Shown here piece after piece: positions 10,183-20,652 of a stretch of 64,000 bases of DNA. Position 1 is the stretch's first letter. Each line of letters starts with the position of its first letter. Under the pieces are notes generated by a model. It saw only the letters and a program-made list of their open reading frames with translations, had not been told where the DNA came from and did no database searches. This DNA comes from Fidelibacterota bacterium (GTDB lineage Bacteria > Fidelibacterota > UBA8477 > JABMPR01), in NCBI GenBank assembly GCA_016844945.1, contig JAERTJ010000086.1:115183-179182 (forward strand), written 5' to 3'. The translations under genes and the position numbers were made by a program.

Positions 10183-11404
10183 GATACGAATGTAAACGAA
10201 TTGCATGATTATCAGTCATGCCAGCTACCCAATCACACACCATCCGCATTTTTTTATGCTCGGGGAGATTTTCAGACAAGCCAGTTGGTAAAGGCAGAAG
10301 CTCAAACACAGGTCGCTTTCCAAACACTGCATCCCGATAGTAAATAAACAGTTCTTCAAGAATTTCCACACCTGCTGATTCAGGGATTTTCACATACTGT
10401 GAGTTGTAAATCAAATTGTAATTGAGAGCCCGTAACGCCATAAGTTCAGCATGGGACTCTTCAGCCATTTCCAGCTGAAATTTGTAGCGAGGCACATCCA
10501 CAAACGGTTCAGGAATAGCCCTGATAGAAATGGAATAAATCCAACGTCCTATGAGACTGGCTATAAAACGAGACATGGGAATTTTATTGTCTAATACATC
10601 AGAGACTTCATTTTTAAGTGACTGATGAACATCAATTTTCTGATCATCCCAGAAAACTTGCACCTGTTCAGCAGTCAGCAAACTTTGTTTGACACCATCG
10701 AATAAATCAGAGGTCGTATAGGCAATGTCATCGGAAAGATCCATGATGGCGCACTCAATCGGTCTCACTTGAGTACCATGCTGAGTCAAGTCATCAAGCG
10801 TAGGATTTTCATGGACCCAGCTCAGAATTTCCCCCTGCTCTGGGTACAGAAATTTTGCTCCTCTGGGGGAATTCTCTTTCCCCACAATTTTATACTTGAG
10901 AATGCTATCCAGACAGGCCCGTGTAGCTTGCATTCCAGATTTCTCGTAGGCCCGTTTATCGCCGCGTACAATATCTGTCAGAATACGTAAGGATTGGGCA
11001 TTCCCCTCAAATCCTCCCCAATCATCCATAAGGTCATTGAGGCGTGATTCACCCTGGTGACCAATGGGTGGATTTCCTAAATCATGAGCCAGACAGGCTG
11101 CTTCAACCAGGGCTGAGTCAATCTGATAATCCGGAGTTAACAATTTGGAACTACGATTCAGGTAGTTTACAACAGACCGTCCGATCTGAGCCACTTCAAT
11201 GGAGTGCGTCAACCGGGTACGATACTGGTCTGATTGTCCTGTTACATAGACTTGCGTCTTTCCCTGGAGGCGTCTAAATGCAGTGGAGTGGATCACTCGA
11301 TCTCGATCAATTTCAAAGGCATTGCGATATTCATTCTCCGGCAGGTGACGCTCACCAAGAGATTCACAATCCCAGTCTGTATAGAATTTATTTTTTTGAG
11401 TCAT
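10172..11404 (-). CDS. dgt: Deoxyguanosinetriphosphate triphosphohydrolase (HD family)
   Basis: DRDRVIHSTAFRRLQGKTQV, RTRLTHSIEV, AHDLGNPP, FEGNAQ, DDIAY, AGMTD. Confidence 0.92.
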   Translation of the reverse strand: MTQKNKFYTDWDCESLGERHLPENEYRNAFEIDRDRVIHSTAFRRLQGKTQVYVTGQSDQYRTRLTHSIEVAQIGRSVVNYLNRSSKLLTPDYQIDSALVEAACLAHDLGNPPIGHQGESRLNDLMDDWGGFEGNAQSLRILTDIVRGDKRAYEKSGMQATRACLDSILKYKIVGKENSPRGAKFLYPEQGEILSWVHENPTLDDLTQHGTQVRPIECAIMDLSDDIAYTTSDLFDGVKQSLLTAEQVQVFWDDQKIDVHQSLKNEVSDVLDNKIPMSRFIASLIGRWIYSISIRAIPEPFVDVPRYKFQLEMAEESHAELMALRALNYNLIYNSQYVKIPESAGVEILEELFIYYRDAVFGKRPVFELLPLPTGLSENLPEHKKMRMVCDWVAGMTDNHAIRLHSYLKT

Positions 11405-11474
11405 TAATTCAAAATAAGCGGGAAATGAGTGACTAACAATTGATTAGAATGGATTTAGATAAATCTCAGGATTA

Positions 11475-12383
11475 CTATTTTCGTCTGGCTCTGGGATGAA
11501 AACTACTATGAACTTCTTTCAAATATGTACTGTCCAGGTGGGTGTAAATCTGTGTCGTAGAAATATCAACATGACCAAGCATTTCCTGGACGATTCTCAA
11601 GTCAGCCCCCCCTTCGAGAAGATGCGTCGCAAAAGAGTGGCGGAAGGTGTGAGGGCTCACCGGTTTATTAAGACCAACCGATTCAGCAAGTTTCTTAAGG
11701 ATAAACCAGATCCCCTTGCGCTGAAGGGGTCTACCCTTATTGTTCAAAAATAGTATCCCCTCATTAAAATAGCCTTTCTCTAATCCAGGTCGACTATGCT
11801 CGATATACTCCAGTAGCCACCGTTTTGCCTCACCGCCCAGGGGAACAACTCTTTCCTTATTGCCTTTTCCGCGAATCAGTATAAGGTCTTCATCCAGGAG
11901 TAATTGTTCAAGGGTCAAATTACATACTTCGGATACACGCATCCCTGCAGCGTACATGAGCTCAAACATGGCTCTGTCACGAACCCCAAGATGAGTATCA
12001 GTATTAATGGCATCCAGCAGTAGTTCAACATCTTCAAAGTTTAATATTTTGGGCAGACTTGCAGGGAGCTTCGGAGAATCCAGAAATTGAGTGGGATCAG
12101 TCTCAAGATGACCTTCCATGACCAGGAATTTATAGTAAGCCCTCAGGGAGGAGAAATGCCTGGCAACGCTGGTTTCAGCCAGTCCCCGCTGTTTAAGTGT
12201 TCGCGCATAGTCAATTAAAACTTGATGATCCACCTTATCAGGTCGATTGATTTTCTTCTCAGCAAGAAAAATCCAGAAATTGCTTAAATCATCCAGATAT
12301 GACTGTTGAGTATTCCTGGCAAGGTTGCGTTCAATGCGTAAGTAGTTCAGGAAATCCTGTAGGAATTGCTCAGATCGGCTCAT
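11475..12383 (-). CDS. xerD: Site-specific tyrosine recombinase XerD
   Basis: GMRVSE, GKGNKERVVP, SPHTFRHSFATHLLEGGADLR, LGH...TTQIYTH, ends HPRA. Confidence 0.9.
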   Translation of the reverse strand: MSRSEQFLQDFLNYLRIERNLARNTQQSYLDDLSNFWIFLAEKKINRPDKVDHQVLIDYARTLKQRGLAETSVARHFSSLRAYYKFLVMEGHLETDPTQFLDSPKLPASLPKILNFEDVELLLDAINTDTHLGVRDRAMFELMYAAGMRVSEVCNLTLEQLLLDEDLILIRGKGNKERVVPLGGEAKRWLLEYIEHSRPGLEKGYFNEGILFLNNKGRPLQRKGIWFILKKLAESVGLNKPVSPHTFRHSFATHLLEGGADLRIVQEMLGHVDISTTQIYTHLDSTYLKEVHSSFHPRARRK

Positions 12384-12397
12384 GGGAGAATATAAGC

Positions 12398-12432
12398 GAG
12401 TTAGGGGTTAGGGGTTAGGAGATAGGAGTTAG
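12398..12432 (+). repeat. Five tandem heptamers (GRG(T/A)TAG)
   Basis: GAGTTAG GGGTTAG GGGTTAG GAGATAG GAGTTAG. Confidence 0.8.
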
Positions 12433-12533
12433 AGGTTTGTCTTGCTGAGGCCGAACGCAGTGAGGGGACTCGAAGCATTCAATTTTACCCTACAGGTAAA
12501 AGTTACTGGTCGAGAGTGATTTGCATGGTACCA

Positions 12534-12618
12534 GTCATGGTGAGCACTGCGAAGAAGTTTGATCCTTTATGCAAATCTCGGCTATGGATCAAGACCCTTC
12601 ACTGGTGTTCAGGATGAC
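12534..12618. repeat. REP/BIME-like long inverted repeat
   Basis: GTCATGGTGAGCACTGCGAAG...TTGATCC pairs imperfectly with GGATCAA...CTTCACTGGTGTTCAGGATGAC. Confidence 0.6.
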
Positions 12619-12628
12619 TTGTGGAAAA

Positions 12629-13372
12629 CTAGGCTTTGTGGATTGCTTTGGCGAATTGTTCCATGAGGTGTGAGTTTTCAACATCCTCAAGCACATTCCC
12701 GGTAACAATGAATGAAGCGCCGGCTTGAACCAGAGTCTGAGCGACTTCCGGCGAATGGATACCACCGCCAACAATGATTGGAACATCTGTATACCGACTT
12801 ACTGCATGAGCCATCTGAGGAGTCACTGAATACTGTGCTCCACTACCAGCTTCGAGGTATATAAACTTGAATCCCAGGTAATCTGCTGCAAGTGCATGGG
12901 CTACTGCAATTTCATCCTTATCCCGGGGAATGGGTTTAGATCCACTGACAAACTCAGCAGTTGTCACTCTCCCACTCTCAATAATCATATATGCAGTTGC
13001 TATGGGTTCAATCCCTAGTTCTCTAACAACAGGAGCGGCCTGGACCTGATCACCAATGAGAAATTGCGGGTTTCGGCCACTAATCACAGAAAGGTAGAAA
13101 AGGGCATCTACATGTGGAGTAAGCTGATTGATGTTTCCGGGGAACAGAATAACGGGTAAAGTTGCTACTTCCTGAATAAGCTTCATCTTGCTCTGCACAC
13201 CTTCACCAAGAATCATTGAACTGCCTACCATGATTCCATCTGCGCCTGAGGTGTTAATTTTCTTAATAAAAGTTTCGACCTCATCGAGATTCCACCGATC
13301 GGGATCAACTAGGACTAGATAACCGGCGCCCTTGGTTGCCCTGGTTTCAAGCATTTGCTCATAGACACTCAC
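12629..13372 (-). CDS. Geranylgeranylglyceryl phosphate synthase, group II
   Basis: LVDPD, FPG, SGRNPQFLIG, YLEAGSGA, VGGGI, VTGN; ATGA overlap with gcvPA. Confidence 0.9.
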   Translation of the reverse strand: MSVYEQMLETRATKGAGYLVLVDPDRWNLDEVETFIKKINTSGADGIMVGSSMILGEGVQSKMKLIQEVATLPVILFPGNINQLTPHVDALFYLSVISGRNPQFLIGDQVQAAPVVRELGIEPIATAYMIIESGRVTTAEFVSGSKPIPRDKDEIAVAHALAADYLGFKFIYLEAGSGAQYSVTPQMAHAVSRYTDVPIIVGGGIHSPEVAQTLVQAGASFIVTGNVLEDVENSHLMEQFAKAIHKA

Positions 13373-14712
13373 GCAGAATATCCTTTCAGGAATTCAACAA
13401 GCCCATCCATTTCAGTTTTGCTTCGCTTTTCAGTGACAGCGATGAGGATTTGATTGTCAGACTCACCTTTGAATTGACTCAAAGAGATTCCTGGGAAGAA
13501 TCCAGCCCTAGCCCCAGCTCCAACAAGTGATTTAGCTTGACCAGGCACTTCAACTACGAACTCATTGAAAAAATATTTTGTCTTGGTTGTATACCCATCA
13601 AGATTATTGATAGCCTCAGCCAGATAATGTGCCTTCTGCGTACAGAGCTCAGCAACTCGTTTCAAACCGTTCCGACCGAGCGTCGACATATAAATACAAG
13701 CCGCCAATGCGTTCAAACCCTGATTCGTACATATATTTGAAGTAGCTTTTTCTCTTCGAATGTCCTGTTCCCGCGTTCGTAAGACCATGACAAAGGCTCG
13801 GTTCCCATGGACATCGATACTTTCCCCTGCAATTCTACCTGGGACTTTACGTATGAGAGGGGTTTTGACTGCCATAAAACCGAGGTAGGGTCCTCCAAAA
13901 CTCATGTGATTCCCCAGACTCTGCCCTTCACCCACGGCAATATCCACACCTTGTTTCCCTGGTGCTTCCAGTAGATTCAAACTAATGGGGTTAACCACAG
14001 CAATGAGCAAGGTTTTGGGATCAGCAATGCTGGCTTTTATCGATGACAGATCCTCAAGACCACCGTAAAAATTGGGATTCTGGATGACAACGCCAGCTAT
14101 ATCTGAATCAAGTTTATCACTAAGAGCATCAAAACTGGTTACCCCTTCAGCAAGGTCTACGAACTCGAATTCAAGACCCTGATGGTGGGCATAAGTAATT
14201 GCTACATCGATATATACGGGGTTGACACTTTTTGAAATAAGAATCTTTTTTCTACGAGTGTGCCGACTGGCCAAAAGACAAGCTTCAGCCATAGCACTGG
14301 CACCATCGTACATTGAACTGTTTGCCAGATCCATCCCTGTAAGTTCACACATCATGGATTGATACTCATACATGGCTTGCAAGGTCCCCTGCGAAACCTC
14401 AGCCTGATAGGGCGTGTAAGCCGTATAGAACTCTGAGCGACTGATCAGTACGTCAACGACATGGGGAATGAAGTGATCATAACTGCCTCCTCCCAGAAAA
14501 GAAACATGAGTAGCTGTACTGGCATCCCTGGAAAGCATCTGCATGACATCGGATTTATGCTCAAACTCTGACTTTGCTTCAGGTAATGGTAAATCACCTC
14601 TAAAGCGTAAAGCCTTTGGAATTGCCTCAAGCAGCTCTTCAAAAGAAGCGATACCTACTTCATTTAATAGTTTGAGTTGTTCTTCTTCCGTGTTGGGTAT
14701 GTACTGGTGCAT
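13369..14712 (-). CDS. gcvPA: Glycine dehydrogenase subunit A
   Basis: EFYTAYTPYQAEVSQGTLQ, SMYDGASA, TREQDIRREKATSNICTNQ; start moved to MHQYIP behind AGGAG. Confidence 0.95.
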   Translation of the reverse strand: MHQYIPNTEEEQLKLLNEVGIASFEELLEAIPKALRFRGDLPLPEAKSEFEHKSDVMQMLSRDASTATHVSFLGGGSYDHFIPHVVDVLISRSEFYTAYTPYQAEVSQGTLQAMYEYQSMMCELTGMDLANSSMYDGASAMAEACLLASRHTRRKKILISKSVNPVYIDVAITYAHHQGLEFEFVDLAEGVTSFDALSDKLDSDIAGVVIQNPNFYGGLEDLSSIKASIADPKTLLIAVVNPISLNLLEAPGKQGVDIAVGEGQSLGNHMSFGGPYLGFMAVKTPLIRKVPGRIAGESIDVHGNRAFVMVLRTREQDIRREKATSNICTNQGLNALAACIYMSTLGRNGLKRVAELCTQKAHYLAEAINNLDGYTTKTKYFFNEFVVEVPGQAKSLVGAGARAGFFPGISLSQFKGESDNQILIAVTEKRSKTEMDGLVEFLKGYSA

Positions 14713-14722
14713 GATTCTCCTA

Positions 14723-15100
14723 TTAGGAAATACTTGAAGTGTATTCCTCTGCACTCATAAAACTATCTAATTCTGCACTATCAGAAATGGTGACTTTGAG
14801 AATCCATCCCTCACCATAAGCATCCTGATTGATCAATTCAGAATCATCTTCTAATTTTTCATTTACTTCATTGATACTACCACTCAATGGTAAAAAGACA
14901 TCGGCTACTGTCTTGACTGCTTCAATAGTTGCAGCGACATCACCTTTTTCAAAGTCTTCTCCCACGCTTGGCAATTCGACAAAAACAACATCGCCAAGTT
15001 CCCCCTGGGCATAGTCAGTGATTCCGATAGTAGCTACATCACCTTCAATGCGAATCCATTCATGGTCACTGGTATACTTGAGATCTGCAGGTACATTCAT
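14723..15100 (-). CDS. gcvH: Glycine cleavage system H protein
   Basis: DHEW, GITDYAQGELGDVVFVELP, EAVKT lipoyl-Lys. Confidence 0.96.
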   Translation of the reverse strand: MNVPADLKYTSDHEWIRIEGDVATIGITDYAQGELGDVVFVELPSVGEDFEKGDVAATIEAVKTVADVFLPLSGSINEVNEKLEDDSELINQDAYGEGWILKVTISDSAELDSFMSAEEYTSSIS

Positions 15101-15165
15101 TTTTTAATTCTCCTTGATGAGATTGTTACATCACACTTTCAAAAATTTAATATGTCCTAAACAGC

Positions 15166-15200
15166 AAAAATCCCGCCGAATCTTGGATTCAAAGCGGGAT
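15166..15200 (-). terminator. Intrinsic terminator after accC
   Basis: Minus strand ATCCCGC...GCGGGAT stem followed by TTTT. Confidence 0.65.
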
Positions 15201-15229
15201 AATTTAACTGGTAATTAAGAGGGCTCCTC

Positions 15230-16588
15230 TCATTGTGCGCGATCTGGGTCAAATTTAAATGATTCCAGGAAATGTGTATCAAAATTGCCCTTTCGAACCT
15301 TCTCGTCCTCAAGCAGTTGGATATGAAATGGAATCGTCGTCTTTGGTCCTTCGATGATAAATTCTCTCAAGGCACCCAGCATGCGATCAATAGCTTCCTC
15401 TCTGTTGGGACCATGCACCACCAATTTGGCTAGCATAGAATCGTAATGAGGAGGAATTTGATACCCGCTATAAATATGACTGTCCACACGAATGCCTCGA
15501 CCACCGGGAAAATGTACACTTTCAATGAACAGTGGTGATGGCCTGAAGTTTTTTGCTGGATCTTCAGCATTGATACGACATTCAATGGAATGTCCACGTA
15601 ACTTCAATTTCCCCAACCAATCAGGTAATTTTTCTCCTGCATGACAGGCAATCTGTTCTTTGACGATATCTACGCCACTCACTTCTTCAGAGACAGTGTG
15701 TTCAACCTGGATACGTGTATTCATTTCCATGAAATAAAATTTGCCATGCTTATCCAGCAAAAATTCAATGGTCCCGGCACCCACGTAGTTTACACGTTTG
15801 GCTCCGGCTACAGCAGCAACACCCATTTCATGTCGTAACTCCTCAGAAACGACGGGGGAGGGAGATTCTTCTAAAAGTTTTTGATGGCGTCTCTGAATCG
15901 AACATTCGCGTTCTCCCAAGGAATAGATATTGCCGTGGGAATCACCAAGAAGTTGAACCTCAATATGCCTGGGGTTCTCAATGTATTTTTCAAGATAAAG
16001 ACCATCATTGCCAAATGCCGTACCGGATTCAGCCTGTGCCATGCCATAAAACATGGCAACATCTTCACCTCTGTAAACCACACGCATTCCTCGTCCACCA
16101 CCACCGGCAGTTGCCTTCAGAATGACAGGATAACCCATCTCATCAGCCATTGTTCTGGCTTCTTCAGCAGAAGTCAGAATACCCTGGCTTCCAGGGATAA
16201 CAGGGACCCCGGCAGCCTTCATTGTTTCCTTGGCAGAAGCCTTGTCACCCATGGAATTAATCATGTCCCCATCGGGACCAATAAAATCGATATCATGATT
16301 TTTGCACATGTCTGCAAAATCTGCATTTTCAGCAAGAAATCCGTAACCAGGATGAATGGCATCTGCATTAGTCACTTCTGCAGCAGTCAGAATAGCCTGA
16401 GTATTCAAATAACTCAGATTTGACGGACCTGGTCCAATGCACACAGCTTCATCAGCAAATTTTGTGTGAAGGGATAACTCATCAGCCTCGGAAAAAACGG
16501 CGACACTCTTAATACCCATCTCTCGACAGGCACGAATGACCCGCAGGGCTATTTCACCACGATTTGCAATGAGAATTTTTTTATACAT
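15230..16588 (-). CDS. accC: Acetyl-CoA carboxylase biotin carboxylase
   Basis: [38 protein letters not shown]. Confidence 0.96.
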   Translation of the reverse strand: MYKKILIANRGEIALRVIRACREMGIKSVAVFSEADELSLHTKFADEAVCIGPGPSNLSYLNTQAILTAAEVTNADAIHPGYGFLAENADFADMCKNHDIDFIGPDGDMINSMGDKASAKETMKAAGVPVIPGSQGILTSAEEARTMADEMGYPVILKATAGGGGRGMRVVYRGEDVAMFYGMAQAESGTAFGNDGLYLEKYIENPRHIEVQLLGDSHGNIYSLGERECSIQRRHQKLLEESPSPVVSEELRHEMGVAAVAGAKRVNYVGAGTIEFLLDKHGKFYFMEMNTRIQVEHTVSEEVSGVDIVKEQIACHAGEKLPDWLGKLKLRGHSIECRINAEDPAKNFRPSPLFIESVHFPGGRGIRVDSHIYSGYQIPPHYDSMLAKLVVHGPNREEAIDRMLGALREFIIEGPKTTIPFHIQLLEDEKVRKGNFDTHFLESFKFDPDRAQ

Positions 16589-16597
16589 GCGGTTTTA

Positions 16598-17041
16598 TCA
16601 GGGTTCGATGAGGAATAGAGTCTGGCCATATTCGACAGGTTGGGCATTCTCAATCTGTATATCAAGAATAACACCAGATACTTCAGCCTCAACTTCATTC
16701 ATTATTTTCATGGCTTCGATAATGCAGAGTGTATCACCTTTGCTCACGTGATCCCCAACCTTAACAAAGGGATCCACATCAGGACCTGGAGAGCGATAGA
16801 AAGTACCAACCATGGGAGACTTGATGGCCTGTCCCTGGAGTGAACTTTCTTCCTCTGCCTCAACAGCGGGAGCAGGTGCAGCTGCTTGTGGTGCAGCCTG
16901 GGTCGCCCCTGAATTCTGGACAACAACACTGTTACCCTGCCTGGAAACCCGAATCTTTTTGCCCCAACGTCCAACCTCAATCTCCGAGATGGTGGATTGC
17001 TCAAGTAGAGCGATGAGTTGTTCTATGTCTTTAGTATTCAA
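16598..17041 (-). CDS. accB: Biotin carboxyl carrier protein
   Basis: [19 protein letters not shown] biotinylation motif. Confidence 0.96.
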   Translation of the reverse strand: MNTKDIEQLIALLEQSTISEIEVGRWGKKIRVSRQGNSVVVQNSGATQAAPQAAAPAPAVEAEEESSLQGQAIKSPMVGTFYRSPGPDVDPFVKVGDHVSKGDTLCIIEAMKIMNEVEAEVSGVILDIQIENAQPVEYGQTLFLIEP

Positions 17042-17054
17042 AATAAATGTTCTC

Positions 17055-17618
17055 CTAAACCCTCACACGTTCGAGATAATCCCCCGTACGAGTATCAACC
17101 TTGACCTTGTCACCAATATTCAAGAATAGGGGGACCGTCACTTTTAAACCTGTCTCAAGAAAAGCTGGTTTGGATCCACCGGTAGCTGTGTCGCCACGAA
17201 GACCTGGATCTGTTTCTTTAATCTCCAGAATGACATGGGGTGCCACCTCAACATCAACTGGAGTAGTATCACGGAACAGAACTTTTATGATGTCATTCTC
17301 TTTTAAATAATCTTTCACAGATTCCATGAGCTCAGCATCGATGGCAATCTGCTCATAGGTTTCATTGTCCATGATATGATAGTGGGATTCGTCAGAATAG
17401 AGATACGTCATTTCATTAGCAAGCAGTTTGACATCATCGATTTTTTCACCGGATCTGAACGTTTGCTCAATGACCTGACCACCGGGAATTTTCTTTAATT
17501 TTGTTCTGACAAAGGCATTACCCTTGCCTGGTTTAACATGAAGAAATTCAACGACTTTCCAAAGATTGCCATTGAATTCCATTACCAGATTGTTTTTTAT
17601 ATCAGATGTGCTACCCAT
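17055..17618 (-). CDS. efp: Elongation factor P
   Basis: [34 protein letters not shown]. Confidence 0.96.
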   Translation of the reverse strand: MGSTSDIKNNLVMEFNGNLWKVVEFLHVKPGKGNAFVRTKLKKIPGGQVIEQTFRSGEKIDDVKLLANEMTYLYSDESHYHIMDNETYEQIAIDAELMESVKDYLKENDIIKVLFRDTTPVDVEVAPHVILEIKETDPGLRGDTATGGSKPAFLETGLKVTVPLFLNIGDKVKVDTRTGDYLERVRV

Positions 17619-17819
17619 AATTGTTGACCATACTCCTTCTTAAGTGGCGCGAAGTTAACCGGGGGCTGAAATCATGGCAAACTTTTTATCCTTGTGTTGT
17701 TCCAGTTTGGCATGTGAGATATGCTCGATATCCAACAATGAAACCTCAATGGATGTTATCTATTCCCAGACCTTTTTCAGCCTTTTTCCTCTTGCCTTAC
17801 CAACTCCTGAATCCTATTA

Positions 17820-19454
17820 ATGGCTATGGAATTTTTGATCAACATATTACCGGATAAATGGCTTGAAACACTCCCCTTTATAGGTCTCTACGCTGAGAGT
17901 CATTTTAGATTCCGTATCCCTTTTAGCCGCTATTTCAAAAAGGAACCAGAACTCATCTTTGATACACCCTGGCGGTTGGAGCCAGGACTTGATCCGATCA
18001 TTTTTTTGGTGATTAAAGATGCCCATCAATATCCAATTATTTTAGATGGTGTGGAAATCGAGGTCTATCATAAGGGTCAAATGATCGGAGTCCGGAAATG
18101 GTCATTGGACGAAAATATCCAGGAGCGGCAGACACACCGAGAATTCAGACTCACTGATATTGAAGTTCCAAATGGTGAAATTGAAATAATCCCAAAGCTA
18201 AAGTATCATGTGGATGGAAAAGTTAAAAACCTGGTTGTTGACAATTATTCTCTAATTGAAAAACTACCCTTGAGAATTACAAAGGGAGTCCATGGGTTAC
18301 CAGGCCTGAAGGGCTGGCTTTCAGGTGATACCCACTTGCATAGTTCACTTACATCAGACCAAATCGAATTTGGTGCATCCCTGGAGCAGACGCGCGCTTG
18401 CGCTCAACTGGTAGGAATGGATTTCATAACTGCCACTGATCACTCCTATGATCTTGATGACATGCCAGAAAACTATATGGAAAATGATCCAGATCTTAAA
18501 AAGTGGACTGAGAGCAGGCAGGCGATAGCTCATATGAATCAAGAACATCCAATCCCTATCATTCCTGGCGAGGAAATCAGTGTTGCAAATTCACGTGGTT
18601 CTACGGTTCATTTCCTTCACTTTAATGACCCGGTTTATTTCCCTGGGAATGGCGATAGTGGGGAGAACTGGCCACAGGTGAGATCTCAATTATCCATTGA
18701 TGAGATCCTTGCGAAGCGGAGCACAAATACTGTTTCTGTGGGGGCTCACACGGTTTATAAATTTCCATGGCTCCAGCGGCTACTTTTAAACCGAGGCTGG
18801 TGGGAACCCCAAGACCATGATAATCCAGAGTTAGATGGTGTACAAATTTTATGTGGTACACCAGCCTCGGGCTCATTCCACGAGTCACGACAGCATTGGA
18901 TTGAAGCCCTCTTAAGGGGGAAACAACTTGGTGTTTTTGGTGGAAGTGATGGACACGGCAATTTCAATCGAAACTGGCATGTAAAATTGCCCGTTTGGTC
19001 ATTAGGGATTCATGAGGATCAAATTTTTGCCCAGTCAAGAACCTTGTTACGAAGTGATTCAACACAGAATAGCGATCTGATCGCTGCGATGAAAAACAGA
19101 CGTTCCGCCCTTTCTACTGGACCCGTTGGCGAGCTGCTCGTGACATCTGCAAATTGTGTTGCAGGCATCGGGGATACCCTCACCATTAAACCAGGTGAAA
19201 AATTAAAAGTCTCCATCAGAGGTATGAGTACAGCAGAATTCGGTAAACATATGGATGTATCCCTATTTTCCGGTAATCTGGAAACACAGGAAGAAAGTCT
19301 CTATTTTCACCAAACCAACCATACAGATGAGTTCAGTATTGAATTGGATTATGAAGGAAGTTCGAATGCCTATCTTCGCCTGGAAATCACCAGTGAAGGT
19401 TCACGCTGGCCTGGTGTCTACATATCTAGTCCTATCTGGCTAAACTTAGAGTGA
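17820..19454 (+). CDS. PHP-domain metallohydrolase (CehA/McbA-like)
   Basis: GDTHLHS, TDH, PGEE, GAH and GSDGH PHP motifs; start may be 17826. Confidence 0.75.
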   Translation: MAMEFLINILPDKWLETLPFIGLYAESHFRFRIPFSRYFKKEPELIFDTPWRLEPGLDPIIFLVIKDAHQYPIILDGVEIEVYHKGQMIGVRKWSLDENIQERQTHREFRLTDIEVPNGEIEIIPKLKYHVDGKVKNLVVDNYSLIEKLPLRITKGVHGLPGLKGWLSGDTHLHSSLTSDQIEFGASLEQTRACAQLVGMDFITATDHSYDLDDMPENYMENDPDLKKWTESRQAIAHMNQEHPIPIIPGEEISVANSRGSTVHFLHFNDPVYFPGNGDSGENWPQVRSQLSIDEILAKRSTNTVSVGAHTVYKFPWLQRLLLNRGWWEPQDHDNPELDGVQILCGTPASGSFHESRQHWIEALLRGKQLGVFGGSDGHGNFNRNWHVKLPVWSLGIHEDQIFAQSRTLLRSDSTQNSDLIAAMKNRRSALSTGPVGELLVTSANCVAGIGDTLTIKPGEKLKVSIRGMSTAEFGKHMDVSLFSGNLETQEESLYFHQTNHTDEFSIELDYEGSSNAYLRLEITSEGSRWPGVYISSPIWLNLE

Positions 19455-19485
19455 TGCATACTCCACCTCATTTCAGAAGATCCTT

Positions 19486-19935
19486 ATGAAACAATACCTT
19501 ATACTCGCGCTCTCCCTGATATTCATGCAAACAATCATGGCAAATGATCCCCCAGGAGATACGGTTGATCTGGTGGTCACAGTTAGTGAAATAAAATCCG
19601 AACAGGGTGGACAATTGATTATTGCACTTTTCCAGGGATCAGATACCTGGTTAACTCCTGATGGTGATGTTGCCAGTTTCGTCACTCCTGTTACAGATCA
19701 AAGCGAGGTTCAGACTACTTTCCATGGGTTACCGCTGGATCAGGAATTCGCGATTTCTGTGGTCCACGATAAGAATAGCAATAACAAAATGGATTTCCGC
19801 TGGCTCCCTCCCGGTCCTGCAGAGGGTATTGGTGTTTCAAACAATACAATGAGAATGGGTCCTCCTGAATTCCAACCTGCGGTGATAAACATGCAGGGAA
19901 GTCCAACTTTTATCACCATCCCCCTCCAGTATTAA
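19486..19935 (+). CDS. DUF2141 family secreted protein
   Basis: Signal peptide; AISVVHDKNSNNKMD...EGIGVSNN...GPPEF. Confidence 0.82.
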   Translation: MKQYLILALSLIFMQTIMANDPPGDTVDLVVTVSEIKSEQGGQLIIALFQGSDTWLTPDGDVASFVTPVTDQSEVQTTFHGLPLDQEFAISVVHDKNSNNKMDFRWLPPGPAEGIGVSNNTMRMGPPEFQPAVINMQGSPTFITIPLQY

Positions 19936-20007
19936 CAACAGCAGGTACCTACCAGTAATGGGTACATGGCTTCATATAGCATTAACTGTATCTGGTTGTA
20001 TTTACGC

Positions 20008-20036
20008 TTGCCTTCAAGTGTTGATTATACTATACT
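20008..20036 (+). promoter_or_regulatory. Sigma70-type promoter
   Basis: TTGCCT-N17-TATACT upstream of the 20148 gene. Confidence 0.55.
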
Positions 20037-20147
20037 TAAACTCTTTCCACTATCTAGTATTGATGTACTTTATTTTCTCAGGAATCCCCATTGTGCTTCG
20101 AGAATGTTGATAATAGCCAATAAGCTTATAAACCAAGGAGGTACAGG

Positions 20148-20540
20148 ATGTACAAGATCGATAGAACAGGATATGGGTTCAAGCTCACATTTTCAGATTT
20201 TATCCAGGCTGATGAGATGAAAAAATGGGTCGGGGAGGCTACAACGGTACTAGCTGGAGCTCCCGCAAAGTTTGGCATATTTGTAGATATGCGTGAACTG
20301 AAGCCACTTCCCCCAGAGGCACAGGCAGAAATGCAAGTGGGTCAAAAATTATTCAAAGAAAAAGGCATGGAACGTTCTGTAGTGATTGTTAACAGCGGAA
20401 TAACAAAAATGCAGTTTCAGAGAATTGCCAAGGAAACTGGAATCTATAATTGGGAACGTTACATTGATGCTTCATCAGTTTCAAACTGGGAGCAGATTGG
20501 TGTCGATTGGATTAGCCGCGGTGTAGATCCAGACCAATAA
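20148..20540 (+). CDS. Hypothetical protein, possible STAS/SEC14 (SpoIIAA-like) fold
   Basis: Strong AAGGAGG RBS; FGIFVDMRELKP and ERSVVIV pattern. Confidence 0.7.
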   Translation: MYKIDRTGYGFKLTFSDFIQADEMKKWVGEATTVLAGAPAKFGIFVDMRELKPLPPEAQAEMQVGQKLFKEKGMERSVVIVNSGITKMQFQRIAKETGIYNWERYIDASSVSNWEQIGVDWISRGVDPDQ

Positions 20541-20652
20541 TTCTTACTTTGGAGTGAGATCATACTGAGGTCTTCCACATAAAATGGAAATTCCCCTAAT
20601 GCGGATAAATCATACTGCCGGGGGATTTTTTTTATTGGGGGATCTTGCATAA

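Noticed and set aside
10172-11404. dGTPase as anti-phage defence gene
   Set aside because: Housekeeping context next to coaE and xerD, no defence-island neighbours; cannot be fully excluded without a phylogeny
11475-12383. Tyrosine recombinase as integrase of a mobile element
   Set aside because: Length and motifs fit housekeeping XerD; flanks are core genes with no att-like repeats or cargo
12401-12420. Telomere-like TTAGGGG or G-quadruplex
   Set aside because: Only two G4 tracts; better explained as heptamer tandem repeats
15101-15229. Glycine riboswitch upstream of gcvH
   Set aside because: Gap is short, AT-rich and holds only the accC terminator; no aptamer consensus seen
17621-17857. 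78-aa ORF between efp and the PHP gene
   Set aside because: Lies over divergent promoters, TTG start without RBS, no recognisable motif
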